A stretch of 45,566 bases of DNA from Chiloscyllium plagiosum (lineage: Eukaryota): NCBI RefSeq assembly GCF_004010195.1, contig NC_057728.1:40488231-40533796 (forward strand), in the 5' to 3' direction. A program made the translations under genes and the position numbers. Shown one piece after another: positions 11,261-25,537 of the stretch; position 1 is the stretch's first letter; the number at the start of each line of letters is the position of its first letter. A model generated the notes under the pieces. That model was not told the origin of the DNA. It ran no database searches and saw only the letters and a list, made by a program, of their open reading frames with translations.

Positions 11261-12934
11261 AAGTCAATAGTAATATGAGCCTGGTATCTTTGGTTGATTG
11301 GCAAAGCACAAAAAGGCAGAATGATGCAAGACAGAGGGCATCCAGGTAGGATCAGAGTGAGTGTACGCAAAGAGACCAGAGATGCAGCCAGGTCCAGCCT
11401 ATGAGCTGGGTGCAGATCACTGAGCACTCAATGTCCTTGCTGCAGCATTACATTAATGGTTGCTGATGCAATACAAAATGCGCCATGGAAATGCAGGAGC
11501 ATACTGTAAGTGGATCGGAGATGTGCCATGACAGGTGTTAGGAGCTGGGACATTTCAGATGCTTATGTCATGGATGCCTGGTGTATCTGCCTGGTGCCTA
11601 TCAAACATGCCCTGAGATGTTAGTGCCTGACTTCCAACATGGAGGTCGCTTGGAACAATCAGTGATCTGACTTGTTGAGCTCTCACCCTGGTTTCCTTTT
11701 CATGTTTTCGGTGGGTTTGGTAAGATGGATGTCTGAATATCAGCGGAGTGAGGCAATGACAAGGTGTTGAACACGTGTTGATCCCCATCAATTGGCATCT
11801 TGCCGCTGCCTAGTGGGAATCTCACCATGTCACCTGCAAAAAACAGAAGATGGAGTGAGGCAATCTAGTTATTGAGATGAACCTCAATGAACTTGTCACT
11901 CAATTATGACACATATCTCATCACAGCCACATTCTTCAGACTCTTATAAGATTCTGCCCAAAATGTTATATTCTCGTAGGGCTTGAGGTTTCCTATAAAA
12001 TATCAGACAAAACCCCAGAATGAGACAAGCTGGATTGGCTTGAACTTCAATTTCTTGCTTTAACTGTAAATGAATGTAAAAATGGAAATGCATAATTTTC
12101 CAGAACCACCCATAGTTTTGATTTAAGTACCAAAAAAAGGAATATGGAGAGAATAAAGGTTCATTGTCAAGTTGATTCAACGGAATTGGGAATAATTAAG
12201 AAGCATTTCCTACCACATTTATGTTTCACCCTGTGGGTGGATGGTGAGAATTCTGAAGTAATTTCATAGGAGTGAAATTGTGTAGTCGTGAATTTAATAG
12301 AAGATCATCAATCATCTTTTATGCTAATTTTGGCTTTGATTTAAAAACTGTAACTGAAGTGTCAAATAGGGTCAGGAATTGTAATGTTACAACTGGAAAC
12401 ATTCCATTTTCCCATCTACTTGCCTCTGGCAATCTCTACATATGTGTGAACAGTCTGTTGAGTTATTTCTGGCATCTTGCAGTGAGGTGCTGCTTACAAA
12501 TGCTTAGCTCTATATTTATCCTTTGCCCAGAAATGGTCTGACTGCTGGCTACATCCTGCGGTTAGTGTTCTGCTTAATCTTATTAACCAGCATGATCTCT
12601 TCACAGAAAGAAAGAAATCTGGTTTTAAGACTACTTAAAAAGTTCTGAAGCACAGGAAAGATCTGAACTTATTTTTTTTTAAATGCTCCTTGAGTGCTTT
12701 TTGTACTGAACCTTCTCATATCACACATGAAATCCCCAGTGGCCCGGTAACTTATTCCTAACCCTTCTGCCCAAAGTACTGTGTAACCAGCTTCCAGAAA
12801 ATATACATGATAACAGAATCACCCTTTCACTTCATTTCATGAGGGCTTTGTTATTAATTGTTTTATCATGACAAAAACCACAAAAGCGAATAAGCTAGAA
12901 GGGAACGCTACACGGTCAGTGCCTCAGCACATAC

Positions 12935-12979
12935 CAGCCTGATCTGGGAATGTCACAACCTTGTGTTCGTCAATGATCA
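12935..12979 (-). CDS. Candidate 45-nt internal exon of an unidentified host gene (xIIDEHKVVTFPDQA)
   Basis: Acceptor ttttcaaatgtctaccttgcag, donor CTG|gtatgt; only one frame open; phase 1/1; non-repeat context. Confidence 0.35.
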
Positions 12980-13229
12980 CTGCAAGGTAGACATTTGAAA
13001 ATTAATCCCCATGTCAACAGTGCTGATTTTCTTGATTTATTTTTTCATGCCTGCATTTGTTTTCTCTGCTTTCCCCTATAACATTCGTGATGCATTCTAT
13101 TGAAAGAGAATCTATGATAAGGGTCAGCAGATGCAGCAATTTGTGAGCTATCTATTCTCATTACTGATGCCTCCAGCTGCAACCACAGGATTACAATACA
13201 GAATGTCAGTTTCATTCTCTATAACACCA

Positions 13230-13725
13230 ACAAAAACAATTTATTTTTACATAGTGCCTTTAATGGAATAAAATCTAAAGGCACTTCATCAGAGCATTCT
13301 ATAAAAAATATGACACCAAGCCACATTAGTCGTACTAGCTGATATGAGCAGAAATTCATTTAGAGAGGTAAGAAGTACTTTAGAAGGGGAAAATGAGTTT
13401 GGCAGGCAGAGAGGTAACGGGGGGATTTCCAGATATTTGATAGTTGAGTTTCTGTAACTGAAGGGACATTGTGCCAGAATTAGATGTGTTGATATCTTGT
13501 AGGATAGTGAGGCTTGAGGTTATTACAGAGATAGAGAAAAGTAAGCCATAAACGGAATTCAAAACCAGAATGAGAGGTTTAAAATTGAGATGTTGTTTGG
13601 TAGCAGGGTCAGTTAAGTGAGGGAGTAGATGGCTGATTGGTGAATGGGTCTGAATACAAGTGGGCAGAAGATTTTTGGATGACCTCAGGTTTACAGAGGG
13701 TAGAGTGTGACAGATGAGCCAGAAT
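13230..13725 (-). mobile_element. Old L2-like LINE 3' fragment
   Basis: Starts with an inverted L2-type tail (atttttacatagtgcctttaa) followed by purine-rich antisense ORF2 remnant. Confidence 0.55.
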
Positions 13726-14789
13726 TTAAAAATAACTAATCAACATTTCTACCTGGACACAAATATAATATGCTGCCATGTGGAAAGAGTGAAGTGGCAA
13801 CCATTTTTGACATCAAATTACAGGCTTCCTTGCAAATCAATGACTATCACAGAAAGGCAGCTGTATGCTTAGCAGAGGGAAGGGACTGCTTGATTTTGGG
13901 AACTACGACAGCGAATACAGGACAGAGATGGTTAAAGTGACTCCAAGATAGCCTCTAATGGGGTATCCTTCAGAACCAGCTCAGTGTGTAAAACTTCAGA
14001 GGGAGAAATGCAGAACCATATCCAATTTTTACAGCAAAAGCTGCTGCATCTGGTAAATAAATGACCTAAAGCTTCTTTGAAAGTAAAGGTGTGAGGCAGT
14101 AGAGTTGGTAAAGGGATAGGTGGCTAAGAAAAATAAGGAGGTTGAGTTAGCAAGGGAATAGAATGAGGTTAAGCGATAGAGTGGTCGGTGGACAGAATGG
14201 CAAGCAAGTGAGATATGGAGATCGGTAGTTGGGCAGTTGATATGTGTTGGAGAAAGTTTGGGGGTGTCAAGTGGTGTCTGGGGGTCAGTTCACATCAGAG
14301 GAGTCATTGGGTTGGAATGTTGGGATTGTTGGATGGAGGGAACTAGCCAGGTAAGAGTGGGTGGATTGGGGAGCCAAGAGTTCAGTTGTGAAGTTAGGGG
14401 GTAATCTGTGGGTCAAGAGGTTAGTCAGTGAGTCAGTGGTGTCACGTTTTCTCTCACAGTCAATATATCAGTATATCTTTAAGAGATATTCTCATGATAT
14501 CATCACTATGAAAGCATGTGTGACCTGAGGATATAAATGTCTTCTATTCCATTTTATCTGGGATTACTTGAAGCACAACACAATGTGGAAAGCATGCTGC
14601 TCTCTTACAATCTATTAATTTAATATTAGCTTAAACACTTATGTATCTGAGAAGTGTAATGTTTTTGAAAATAGTTATAATAAACATATGCTGGATTCTT
14701 CAATAGCATGATATTCAAGCCTAATTTCTAATGTAACAAGAGATTACATAAGTATCAGGTAAAATGTGCTGCTGGAGGCAACATCATAT

Positions 14790-16775
14790 CATGGTTAGCA
14801 GCAATGGCTGGCTTTAAAAAAGACTGCAAGATTTTGAGGGGAGATATTTGGAAAACTAATTGAAGATGAATTAGACACCAGCTTTAGACATACAATTCAA
14901 ACAATGAGCAGTATCTGTGAGTACAGAGACTGTAACTAGGGCATTAACCAGAAAGAAAACAGAGTTTTTAAAAAACATTACGATGTTATTTCAAGATAAA
15001 CAAGTGCCTCACTTAAAAGTAAAAGGCTGAAGTTAAAAATACAATCAAAATTAAAGATTACAGATCTGTACCAAAGCACAATGAATACTCTATCTTTCTC
15101 TTTTTGTCTCTTTAAAAGTAAACAGAAGAGACTGATCTGATGATTTTTTTTAAATGGAAGTTTTAAATGGTCCTTTAAAGCTCTCCGAGAAGAAGATATA
15201 GCTTTCAAACACTAAAAATGTGTTATACATTAAGAGACTTTATTTATGTGCAGACTTTGGTTCTGCCATTTTTTTTCCATTGGTATCCAAGTTATAAAAA
15301 AAACCCATGTTGACATCATCACTCTTTTTTCATGTGAACACCACCTACAGGCAGAAACCTGCTACTTGAAATCTTCAATTCTTAAACTCCAACCTGTAAT
15401 TCTTAAGGAGCAACTTGGGATGGGAAAATTAATCAATAAGAGGAGGAATAAAGAAGATTGAAGTAAAACCAATAAACAAAAAGACTGCATAGGACTCCGC
15501 CTGTAAAAACAAATCTGCAAATCCTTCATTATGGATTAAGGAGCATCCAATTTATTGAATTACAACTAATTAAATAATGTACACAGTTCTACTTTGCAAA
15601 ACAAGCAAAAGCTGATCCTCAGAATTAACATCGAGTCTTTCCACAGACAATCAGGAAGGTTCTTGAAGACTAGATCAAGGTAAAAAAAAGTAACGTCAGG
15701 GTTAACAGATTCCCATCATGTCAAACTGGCAACGACCCCAAGAGTCCACTGACCAATTTTTTGGAAGATGCTACAGTAAAGGATGCAAAACTTGTCCATG
15801 GAGGAACGATCAGAGAGTCTCATTCAGCTAGTCATGACCTCTACACCAATTAAGGCCATCAATATTATGTTCTGAACAAGACATAGGGCTTACCATTGAC
15901 ATATTCTTTGAGAATGGACAGGTGAATAAAGACATATAATGACAGGGCAACAATGATTATGTGCTTATGATGCAGTCAACACTATTGCTACATTTAGCAA
16001 AGTGCACCAAACTAAAAACCATCTGTAACAGATGTGGCCTGCCACACCTATCCAAAAGCTTTTCTGGGTACATGTAAAGTATGTGGTACCAAGGGACTTT
16101 GGACAGACATGTGCAGGAATTTTTTTAATCAATAATCAAGTCAGACCCCGGAATAAAATACAGTATTGCAGCTTTAAAAGTGTTAAGAAGATTTTTTAAA
16201 ATCACAAACACATCAACAAAGTTTAAACCAGCCAAGTGAAAGGCAAATTTCAAAAGATGACTATATCTTCCAAATTGTTAATCTCACACATAATGTTGAT
16301 GATACAAAGTGAATAGAAACTTTTAAAACAATTGATATATGTCCTGAAAATACAAGATAACACACATTATAAAGTAAAAGACCACAAGAGAGAGTGCGAT
16401 ATATTACCACTACATGTCCTGAAAAACATATTTATCAGTAAGAGAAACTCCATTGTTCAGCACACAATCAATCACCAATTCTATGCAATGATGGTCATTT
16501 TGCCACATGGTGGCTCCTTCTTGAGCAAATCTATCAGCTTGGGAATATCTGCAAGAAGAAGTGCCCATAAGCAAGTACATCTTTATTTTCCAAAACATTC
16601 TAACTGGTAGATACCAATGTCCAGCAGTGGTAGGAATACCAATATCACAGCTTTTACCCAATATCACAGTGCACCCACAGTTCATGAGATTCAAACCACA
16701 CTGACTGTAGTGGAACTGATAAAACATGACATAATGGAATAAACAATCTCAAATGCCTGTATCCAGACAAATTGT
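14790..16775 (+). pseudogene. Decayed Gypsy gag and protease region, truncated before RT
   Basis: Double zinc knuckle CNRCGLPH...TCKVCGTKG.W..MCR at about 16020-16115; protease-like KVKD....CDILPLHVLK; LVDT and LYPD motifs downstream. Confidence 0.65.
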
Positions 16776-16840
16776 CTTTTCAGGACATATATCAACTGTT
16801 TTAAAAGCTTCTATTCACTTTGTATCATCAACATTATGTG

Positions 16841-17771
16841 TGATGATACAAAGCTGGGTGGCAGGGTGAAATGTGAGGAGGATGTTAGAAGATTACAGGG
16901 TGACCTGAACAGGTTAGGTGAGTGGACAGATGCATGGCAGATGCAGTTTAATGTGGATAAATGTATGGTTATCCACTTTGGTGGCAAGAACAGGAAGGCA
17001 GATTACTACCTAAATGGAGTCAAGTTAGGTAAAGGGGCAGTACAAAGAGATCTGGGTGTTTTTGTACACCAGTCAATGAAGGCAAGCATGCAGGTACAGC
17101 AGGTAGTGAAGAAAGCTAATAGCATGCTGGCCTCCATAACAAGAGGGATTGAGTATAGAAGCAAAGAGGTTGTTGCCTCTGTACAGCTGTACAGGGCCCT
17201 GGTAAGACCGCACCTGGAATATTGTGTGCAGTTCTGGTCTCCAAATTTGAGGAAAGACATTCTGGCTATTGAGGGAATGCAGCGTAGATTCACGTGGTCA
17301 ATTCCTGGAATGGCGGGACTATCTTATGTTGCATGATTGGAGTGAGTATGCGTGTATACCCTTGGGTTTAGAAGACTGAGAGGGGATCTGATTGAGACGT
17401 ATAAGATTATTAAAGGATTGGACACTATGGAGGCAGGAAACATGTTTCGCTGATGGGTGAGTCCCGAACCAGAGGACACAGCTTAAAAATAAGGAGTAGG
17501 CCATTTAGGACAGGGATGAGGAGAAACTTCTTCACCCAGAGAGTGGTGGGTGTGTGGAATGCTCTGCCCCAGAAGGCAGTGGAGGCCCAGTCTCTGGATT
17601 CGTTTAAGAAAGAGTTGGATGGAGCTCTCAAGGATAGTGGAATCAAGGGTTATGGAAATAAGGCAGGAACAGGATACTGATTGAGGGTGATCAGCCATGA
17701 TCATATTGAATGGTGGTGCAGGCTCGAAGGGCAAAATGGCCTACTCCTGCACCTATTGTCTATTGTCTATT
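16841..17771 (+). mobile_element. Young CR1 LINE, 5'-truncated within RT
   Basis: DDTKLGG...WQMQFNVDKC...LYRALVRPHLEYCVQFWSP...FFTQRVV..WN; (CTATTGT)n tail. Confidence 0.95.
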
Positions 17772-18204
17772 AGGAAGGGTAATTGTTTAGTTGTCCAGAA
17801 ATTAGTCTAGGATTTTTTGGTCTAACATTTCATTGGTAATTATCTAGGTAAGTACGTCAAAACTGTCCAAAGTCTCTTACTCTAATTTGTGGAGGGCTCC
17901 AGACAGCAAGGAAATTGGCCATTGGATTTTCAAAGTTCCAAGCAATTCCAATGGAATCAGTGCATTGGGACTTCCAAGACGTCCAGTAGCACATCATCCA
18001 GGCTATTAGGAAATATTGTTAAAGTTAGTGAAGGTACCTTGATGTAATCTGAATAAAATTTTATTCTTTACCAGTTAGTATTCTACATGCTTAAAGTAAG
18101 AATTGCAATTTCTAATTAGCTGATAGGCAACTAGAAATAGCTTTGAAATTTTACATTAGGCAAAGAAAAGCAAATATGTGGGAAGATCAAAAGACTGGAA
18201 GTTC

Positions 18205-18420
18205 TTCTCCATGCCACTCATCATCGTGGCTTAGAAATATATCAGCATTCCTTCAATGACGCTGGATCAAAATCCAGGAATTCCCTCCCTGACACCATTG
18301 TGGGTCTATCTATAGCACATGGACTGTAGAGATTCAAGAAGGTAGTTCACAACCAACTTCTCAAGAGCAACTAGGCAAATGCTGGCCCAGCTAGCAGCAC
18401 CACATCCCATGAGTGAATTT
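18205..18420 (+). mobile_element. LINE 3' end (CR1/L2-group, clade uncertain)
   Basis: Degenerate WN.LP..IV...FKK...HHLL-like C-terminus and short tail ending cacatcccatgagtgaat. Confidence 0.55.
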
Positions 18421-19129
18421 AGAGAAGTATGAGAAGTGTCATGGGCTTAGAGGCATAAAAATCTAAATACAGCTCAAGTGTATTTTTGTCATCTCACAAA
18501 TCAATGTTTCTACTTCTGAAGAGGTTTGTTTGTGAAGTTCCCCTGGAAAATACATGTTATATTTCTCACTTGATTTTCTCCAACATACAAGGACAGAAAT
18601 TTGTTTATGCGGTGCAGGTCTAGAAGCATTATTGAGCTATGTAAATTCCCTGGGAAGGTCAGAACCAATACCTACACAGCCCCAGCTACTTGTTTCATTA
18701 CTATCATGAAGAACACCATATGAGTTACCAAGTATTGACTGTGGTGTTACTTTCTCTAATCAATCAATTTATGTTTGTAAATGTAGAAGCCATTCAACCA
18801 AATCTTCCCTCCACCATCATTGATTGGAAATCATTTTGGAGAAGCAGAGAACATGCATTTCTTGAGGATTACTAAACTCATAGTGTCTTTTAGTGTGTTG
18901 CTATCTTGGAAAAAATCCTTTACTTCTAAATCTGTTTAGAAGTATATTTATATAAATCAATAAAGTCCATTCCGCCATTGTTCAGACTGACAAGAGTGAT
19001 CAATAAATCTAAATTGAAAAAGTGTCCCATTGAAACATTGTACATAATGCAACTTCAAAAGTGAGAACAAAATTGCAGCTCTAAAACCATGACTTAGGTT
19101 TACTACAATCAATCTTCCGATTTAAATGC

Positions 19130-19500
19130 AAGTTCTTATTGAAAGGCTGGAGGTGGACTAGTGGTTTTCATGGGTGTAGGGTGGATATTTTGAGAAGGAA
19201 GTGATGCTCACACTTTTTATAGAGAAGGGACAGTACCTAAGGAAAATAAACCTGTTACAATATCTGCTGACTAGGCAGGAAGATAATATTCAGCTATTTA
19301 GTATGATTTGGGAAGTAGTTTCATGCACAAGATCAGCTTTGAGAGGACCTGAGAAATGATGAGAGAATTTGGAGAAAGATGTGGGTTCAGGGTCAGGGCA
19401 GGAACTAATTTGAGGGCAAGTTCAGCTTAATAAATAAAGGAAATGGGAGAATGTGGCAAAGGCAGCTGAACAAACGGCCTCAATCTAAGTGCCAACAATT
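19130..19500 (-). mobile_element. Highly decayed L2-like fragment
   Basis: Purine-rich antisense pattern similar to other L2-like remnants; no clean motif. Confidence 0.35.
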
Positions 19501-22169
19501 TGAAGGAATCCAAGACCAGATTGAGTCTGCAGATCTTGTAGGTTTTGTGAGAAAGCAGACTGAAGAAAAATCATAAATCTATATTAGACCTACACATCAA
19601 ATGAAATGTTACAAACAATATTTAAAACTTTAGTATGATTGCAGTGAGAAAATATCAGGCCTGTATACTGGGTAGAAAACAGCTAGGCAGTCAGTAAAAA
19701 AAACCCACACGTTCTCCTTCCCAGTTAAAATCTGCCGAAACTGGTTGTTTCCAATTTGATGTAGCATTTTTGTCCAGGCAGCTAACCAGCACATCATGGA
19801 ATTTTAAAAGGTGGCCTGAATTGAGAGCTGCTATGTCTTTCATCCAGTGAAAGGTCAGTGTGTAGAACACCAGGAAGTTGCAGAGGGTCAGCAAATGGAA
19901 AAGGTGCCCTATTAACAAAATTTCAGCAGCTCTTTCCACTAGTAAGAATCTTCTGTATCCCTTCTCTACAATGGTGAAAACTAACTAAAACCAACAATTT
20001 CCCAGCAGAGAAAGTATCTCCATTAAAATCCCTTCCTCCCCGCTTTAAGCATTCTTTAATGGCATAGTCAACACATATAAAACAGAGAAACGGTGGTAAG
20101 GTGATTCCATGATTTAGGTCAGTGTGCTATGTAAAGAGGATAAGAAAGCTAAATCTATTACAATTGAAGAAAGAGATTAAGTAGATAGACACACAGTCTT
20201 AACATCATAAATGAAATAGATCGAATGCCTGTAAAGAAGTACTCTTTGAAAAACTATAAAAAGGAAAATGAAAAATAACATAATCTTTGAATGAATGAAA
20301 CTGACAATCACTTAATGCAGTTTGTTGAAACATTCAAAGTAAAATGAGTTCAGTTCCTGACTCCAAACGCAGCAGATGGATTGTCTGTCTTTAAACTAAA
20401 GGAATTACTCATGCAAAGTAAGTAGGGTGTGATGTTTTGAAATTTTTGAATGAACTACAAGAAAAGAAACATGCCTCTGAAATTGATGACTCAGAATGAT
20501 CTAAAAAAAAGCCTCTTATGGAATGTCTCATGACGCATTTGCTGCATTGCACTAAATCTGAGTAATCCCTTGCTGTACTCAACATAATCTCATATATTCC
20601 CTTATCCACTGAAACATGTCCCACTATTTCCCCTTGTATATTCAACTCTTTGGATATTTTCTGACTTCAGTTATCTGCCTTGTACAGCTCATGAAAATAT
20701 ACCAGTAAACTATCTGACAACCACGAGTAAGAGTTCTCTATATTCCAGCCTAACTCAGTGACTTGTGTTCAAAGAAATAGAAGGCATTTACATCTTTAAA
20801 AATGATGGACTCAGTTGTTCCTCTCTCATCAAAGTCATTATTGGTTTGAAATCTCAATTTGTTCTGCATTATCTCAGTACAACTGATGCATCATATTTAT
20901 AGCTGTTCTTTCTTTCTCCCTAAATCTAAATGTGCCTTTATATTTAGTGCAGGCAAACAGGACTTTGAAGCTGAAGTTTTTATTAGTTGTGGCACTATCT
21001 TGTCTTCATGCGTTTAATATAAACCATTAATTATATGTATTGGATAGACTTTTTTTTATGATGCACTGCCAAATTGCCAATTAAGAATTGTAATGGTGGA
21101 TTCATTCTTCACATTCTTATTATGAATGGTTTATTTTATTTATTTTGAGAGTAAGAAGTAAATGCCAGTTTTTATCTATGACATTTTTACAAGCATGTTG
21201 TGCAAGAAACACAACGTTTTTTACAGCTTCACAATGTAATTTCACGTGTAATTACTCTATAGCTCTAAACCTCGAACACTTTCCTTCTGCATTAGAGGTA
21301 AAGAATACTTTTTGGTTGAACTTCTTGTTCACGGTTAAAAAATATATTGGACAGCAATTAAGTGAGGAATTATCCCAATTGACATTGGCAAGAAAATTGG
21401 GAAGATATGGCAAGAATGATAACAAGAAAATCAATGGGGAGCAACCTTTAGTGAGGTGAAGTGGGACAACAATCAGTGATGGGGTGCCATCATAGTCAGT
21501 CAGGGTTCATCCAGTTGCAGTCCAAGAGATCAGCCACAGTCAGTCAGACACTTGGTCCTACCAGACTCCAGAGATCCGTGTCCTTGCAATCCAAAGGTTG
21601 AGACACAGTGTGCCCTGCAGGTCAAGAGCAACCAGTCCAGGAGTGGACTGTCCCACCAAGTCAGTCTAGCAGCCATAGTCAATTTTGTGAGTTTGAATAA
21701 TAATGGTCAGGCACCTTATAAGGAGGTATTCAATGGTACGCTGTGTCAAGCAGGTAACTCAAGTCTAGGAATGGGGTTCATTGCATTGGGTCACTGAGGA
21801 AATTATTTCAGCAAAAGGCAATCCTCAACAGAAGGGTGAGGTCGCTTGGACCATTGGAAGGGACTGGGAGCTCCAGGAGTGGGTGGGGGCTCTCACTGAT
21901 CACCGTCATTCTGACTGGGGGTGAATGTATGGCCATGAAGTGTCTGTCAATTCTTCTCTGGGGGACAGGTGGGTCATTAACAATTATTGATGGAAGTAAG
22001 AGAAGGTGAAGGTCAGTGGAATTACACAGACAGCACCATAAAAGCGAACATAAGGACTCTGGATCATCATACATCTTGGGTAGACCATGCAACTCACTCC
22101 CAAAAACACAAAGTTGCAATTCTTGGATCAAAACTCAGATGTGCAATGTGGCTTACCTGGACTTTCAGA

Positions 22170-22470
22170 AGACTTTCCATTAGATACCACTAAAAAGATA
22201 GACAACTGATTGGCAGACAGGAAACAAAGAGTAGGAATATATGGGTATTTTTCTGATTGGCAGGCAGTGGTTAGTGGAGTATCATAGGGATTAGTGCTTG
22301 GACACCACGTATTTACAAGTTGTATTAATAATTTAGACGAAGGATCTAAATACAATACCTCCAAGACAACACAAAGTTGTGTGGGAAGTTATGCTGTGAG
22401 GAGGATGTCAGATTTGGACAAGCTGAGTCCTGCTAACAGTGCAGCAGGCTGTGAAAAAGGTGAATGATAT
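22170..22470 (+). mobile_element. CR1 RT fragment
   Basis: RKQRVGI.GYFSDWQAVVSGV..GLVLG...F..CINNLDEG. Confidence 0.85.
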
Positions 22471-23554
22471 GTTTGTATGCTGATGCATTGACGTCAGACT
22501 TTGGAGTCACTGCCACATGTGGATCTCAGAGGTTCACATAAAAGAAAACAAACAAAGGGAACTTAGGCCACCAGACTCAGCCAGCCTGGACGATACAAGG
22601 GCCCAAAGTCAGTGCAGTATCCGGGATGAAGTTCAATGCCCAGCAATGCATCTTCTCTCTGCCTCTTCACACTCACAGGACTACCACTCACTCTTGCTAA
22701 GGCTCATGATCCACAATGCTCACCGTTGCAAGCACAATGTCCACTCATTAGCTCTCACCCACCTCAGCCTCCTAAACTACTCACCCTTCCTCCTGTCTCC
22801 TTCCTATTCACTCACTGAGGACACTTCACCATCTCTCCTGCTCCTGTAACACCACTAACTGCTCCTCCATCCACTTCCATCAGACTCAATTACTTCCTTT
22901 GTCTCATGGCAAAAACATTGGTCACCTCCTTGACTAATGGATTCACAGCACCTCAGCTAAGCTATGTGTCATCCCCAGACTGGCTTGTACTTGACCTGCA
23001 GCTTTGTGGCCTAATCCCCAGACTCTGAAAGGGCTAAGTGCTTGACTGACTATGACTAACCATGGACTGGAATCAGACGAACTACTTGACTAACGGTGGT
23101 AGCACCCCAAAGTAGTCAGAGATCCCACTTGGAACAGATACCCTTTGAGTTACGCACATTTATTTGAAGTATATGCCGTGAAACCTGCTGGCACATGCTG
23201 TAAGTGTGATATTGATACAGCATGGTATTGTACAGCGACATGTCCATGCCTGAGAACGTTCAGTGCTCCAAAGTCTGACAAGCTGTCTGCCTCCCCCTCA
23301 GCACTAAGAGGGTGGTAGATCCCAAGTAAGTCCAAAGTAAGTCAATGCTAAGGAACGCAACTAAGAGTCATAATCTACATTCCGTGCAGACGTATGAGGC
23401 GCATGTTTGTCCTAGTATGGTGACCTAGCAGAGCGTGCAAGACATAGCTGAGGGGAAAACTACTTGTAAAAACTCTTACAAATGGATATACTGGAGTTCT
23501 ATTTTGACACATACAAGGCAACTCAGACCAGTGTGTGTCAGGCCATAACCACCT

Positions 23555-24678
23555 ACAGGATGAGCAATTCCACTCCAGAACATCCCAGATGGCCTCCTAT
23601 TTCATTCCACTCCAGAACATCCCAGATGGCCTCCTATTTCAAGGACCACAATTTCCCCTCCCACATGATCAATGCCCTCCAGCGCACCTCCTCCACTTCC
23701 CGCACCTCCGCCCATGAACCCCACCCCTCCAATTGCAACAAGGACAGAAACCCCTGGTTCTCACCTTCCACTCCACTAATCTCTAGATACAGCACATTAT
23801 ATTCCACCATTTCCGCCACCTACAATTAGACCCCACCACCGGAGTGTATTTCCCTCCCATCACTACAAGTGTTCTGCAGAGACCATTCCCTCTGTGACTC
23901 CCTCATTAGGTTCACACCCCCGCCAACTCATCGTCCATATCCGGCACCTTCTCTTGTCACCACATCTGCGCCCACATCTCCCCCCTTCACCTCCATCCAA
24001 GGCCCCAGTGGATCTTTTCACATCTGGCAGATCTGGCACACCTTTTCACATCCTGCACATCCACCCAGTCTCCTGCAGTGTCCACTGCTCTCGATGTGGT
24101 CTCCTCTTTGGGGAGACAGGACACAGAAGGTTTCAGGGAACATCACTGGGACGCATGCACCAAATAACCTCACGGCCCTGTGTTGACCACTTCAAGTCCC
24201 CCTTCCACTACACCAGGGTCATGCAAGTCCTGGGCCTCCTCCACTGGCAACTGGACAACAGGAGGAAGAACACCTCAACTTCCACCTTGCAACCCTTCGA
24301 CCACGTGGCATCAACATTGACTTCACTAGTTTCCTAATCTTCCATCCTCCCAACCTCATCCCAGATTCAACCCTCCAACTCGGCACCACTTGTTGACCTG
24401 TCCTACCTATCCATCTTTCTTCCCACATTTTCACTCCATCCTCCCCTTTGACCTATCACTGTCACCCCCTCATCTGCATCTATCTTATCACCCACCCCCA
24501 TCCCCATCCTTCGATTTATCTCTCAATCCCCTTTCCTGCCCCCAATTCTTGATGAAGGGCTTATGCTTGAATTGTCAACTCTTCTGTTCCTCGGATACTG
24601 CCTGACATGCTGTATTTTTCCAGCACCACCTTTTTCCACTCTGATCTCCTGCCATCTGCAGCCCTCACTTTCTCCCAG
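23555..24678 (+). mobile_element. Penelope-like element (GIY-YIG region and pLTR), decayed
   Basis: Homologous to 6985-7765; CSRCGLL..ET motif; degenerate hammerhead-like core at 24549-24576. Confidence 0.88.
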
Positions 24679-25537
24679 TTTTACTGGTTATTTACTGCAC
24701 ATGTCTCTGAGCTCCAAAGTGAAGCCCTGAAGGTGGTCCAAGTGCAGGCCAGATAATAGTGGTTTTCTGATGCTGACTGGCTTGGAAGGAGGGTGGAGGA
24801 AGACAGTGAACATGGGGCATGCAGGGAAGTTGTGATGAAGACCCAGAGAAGTGAGCTGCTGCTGCCAGGTACACACTCTGATAATTTGGGAATCGGTACC
24901 ATCTAGTTTCTCTGGAAAAAAGAGGGGAGTTTGAAGCTGCTAAGAAATGAGGTGAGTTGTGCAAATGCATGAAAAGTAGGTAGCCACCTCTCATTAGTGA
25001 GATTCTGAACTCACTGCTTAAATCTTAAGGGAAAATTTGGAAAAGATTCTCGACCTCGAGATTCGGATTTTTTTCAGTTTGACGATACGTTCCACAATTC
25101 TTAGTTAAAGCTGATACCTTAATTATTTGGGGCACTCATTTCCAATCAGCTGACATTGTCACATTGCATACAAAATGAACTCATTGTTGAGCTAGCATAT
25201 CTTGAGATTTAACACAGTTTGGCCCCTTGTTGAAACATTGCACCACAATTCAGGTCGATTCACATTCTTGGCTGATGTCTTAACCTCATCCAACTGTAAA
25301 CCGAAATTTAAATCCCTCTTCCATCACCTATACTCCTTCAGTACATTTCTGAAATATTGCCAAGTCCATCCCTTCATTGAGCTGTTGTTTCTGAAACCCT
25401 TGTCTGTGACACTTACATCTCAAGACATAAGTTTTTCAAATTTATCCTCACCTTTTTCTCAAGTACATACTCTACTCCATCCATAATGTTGTAAATTACA
25501 TTCTATTCCATGTATACTTTTAAATATTTTTGGCTCC

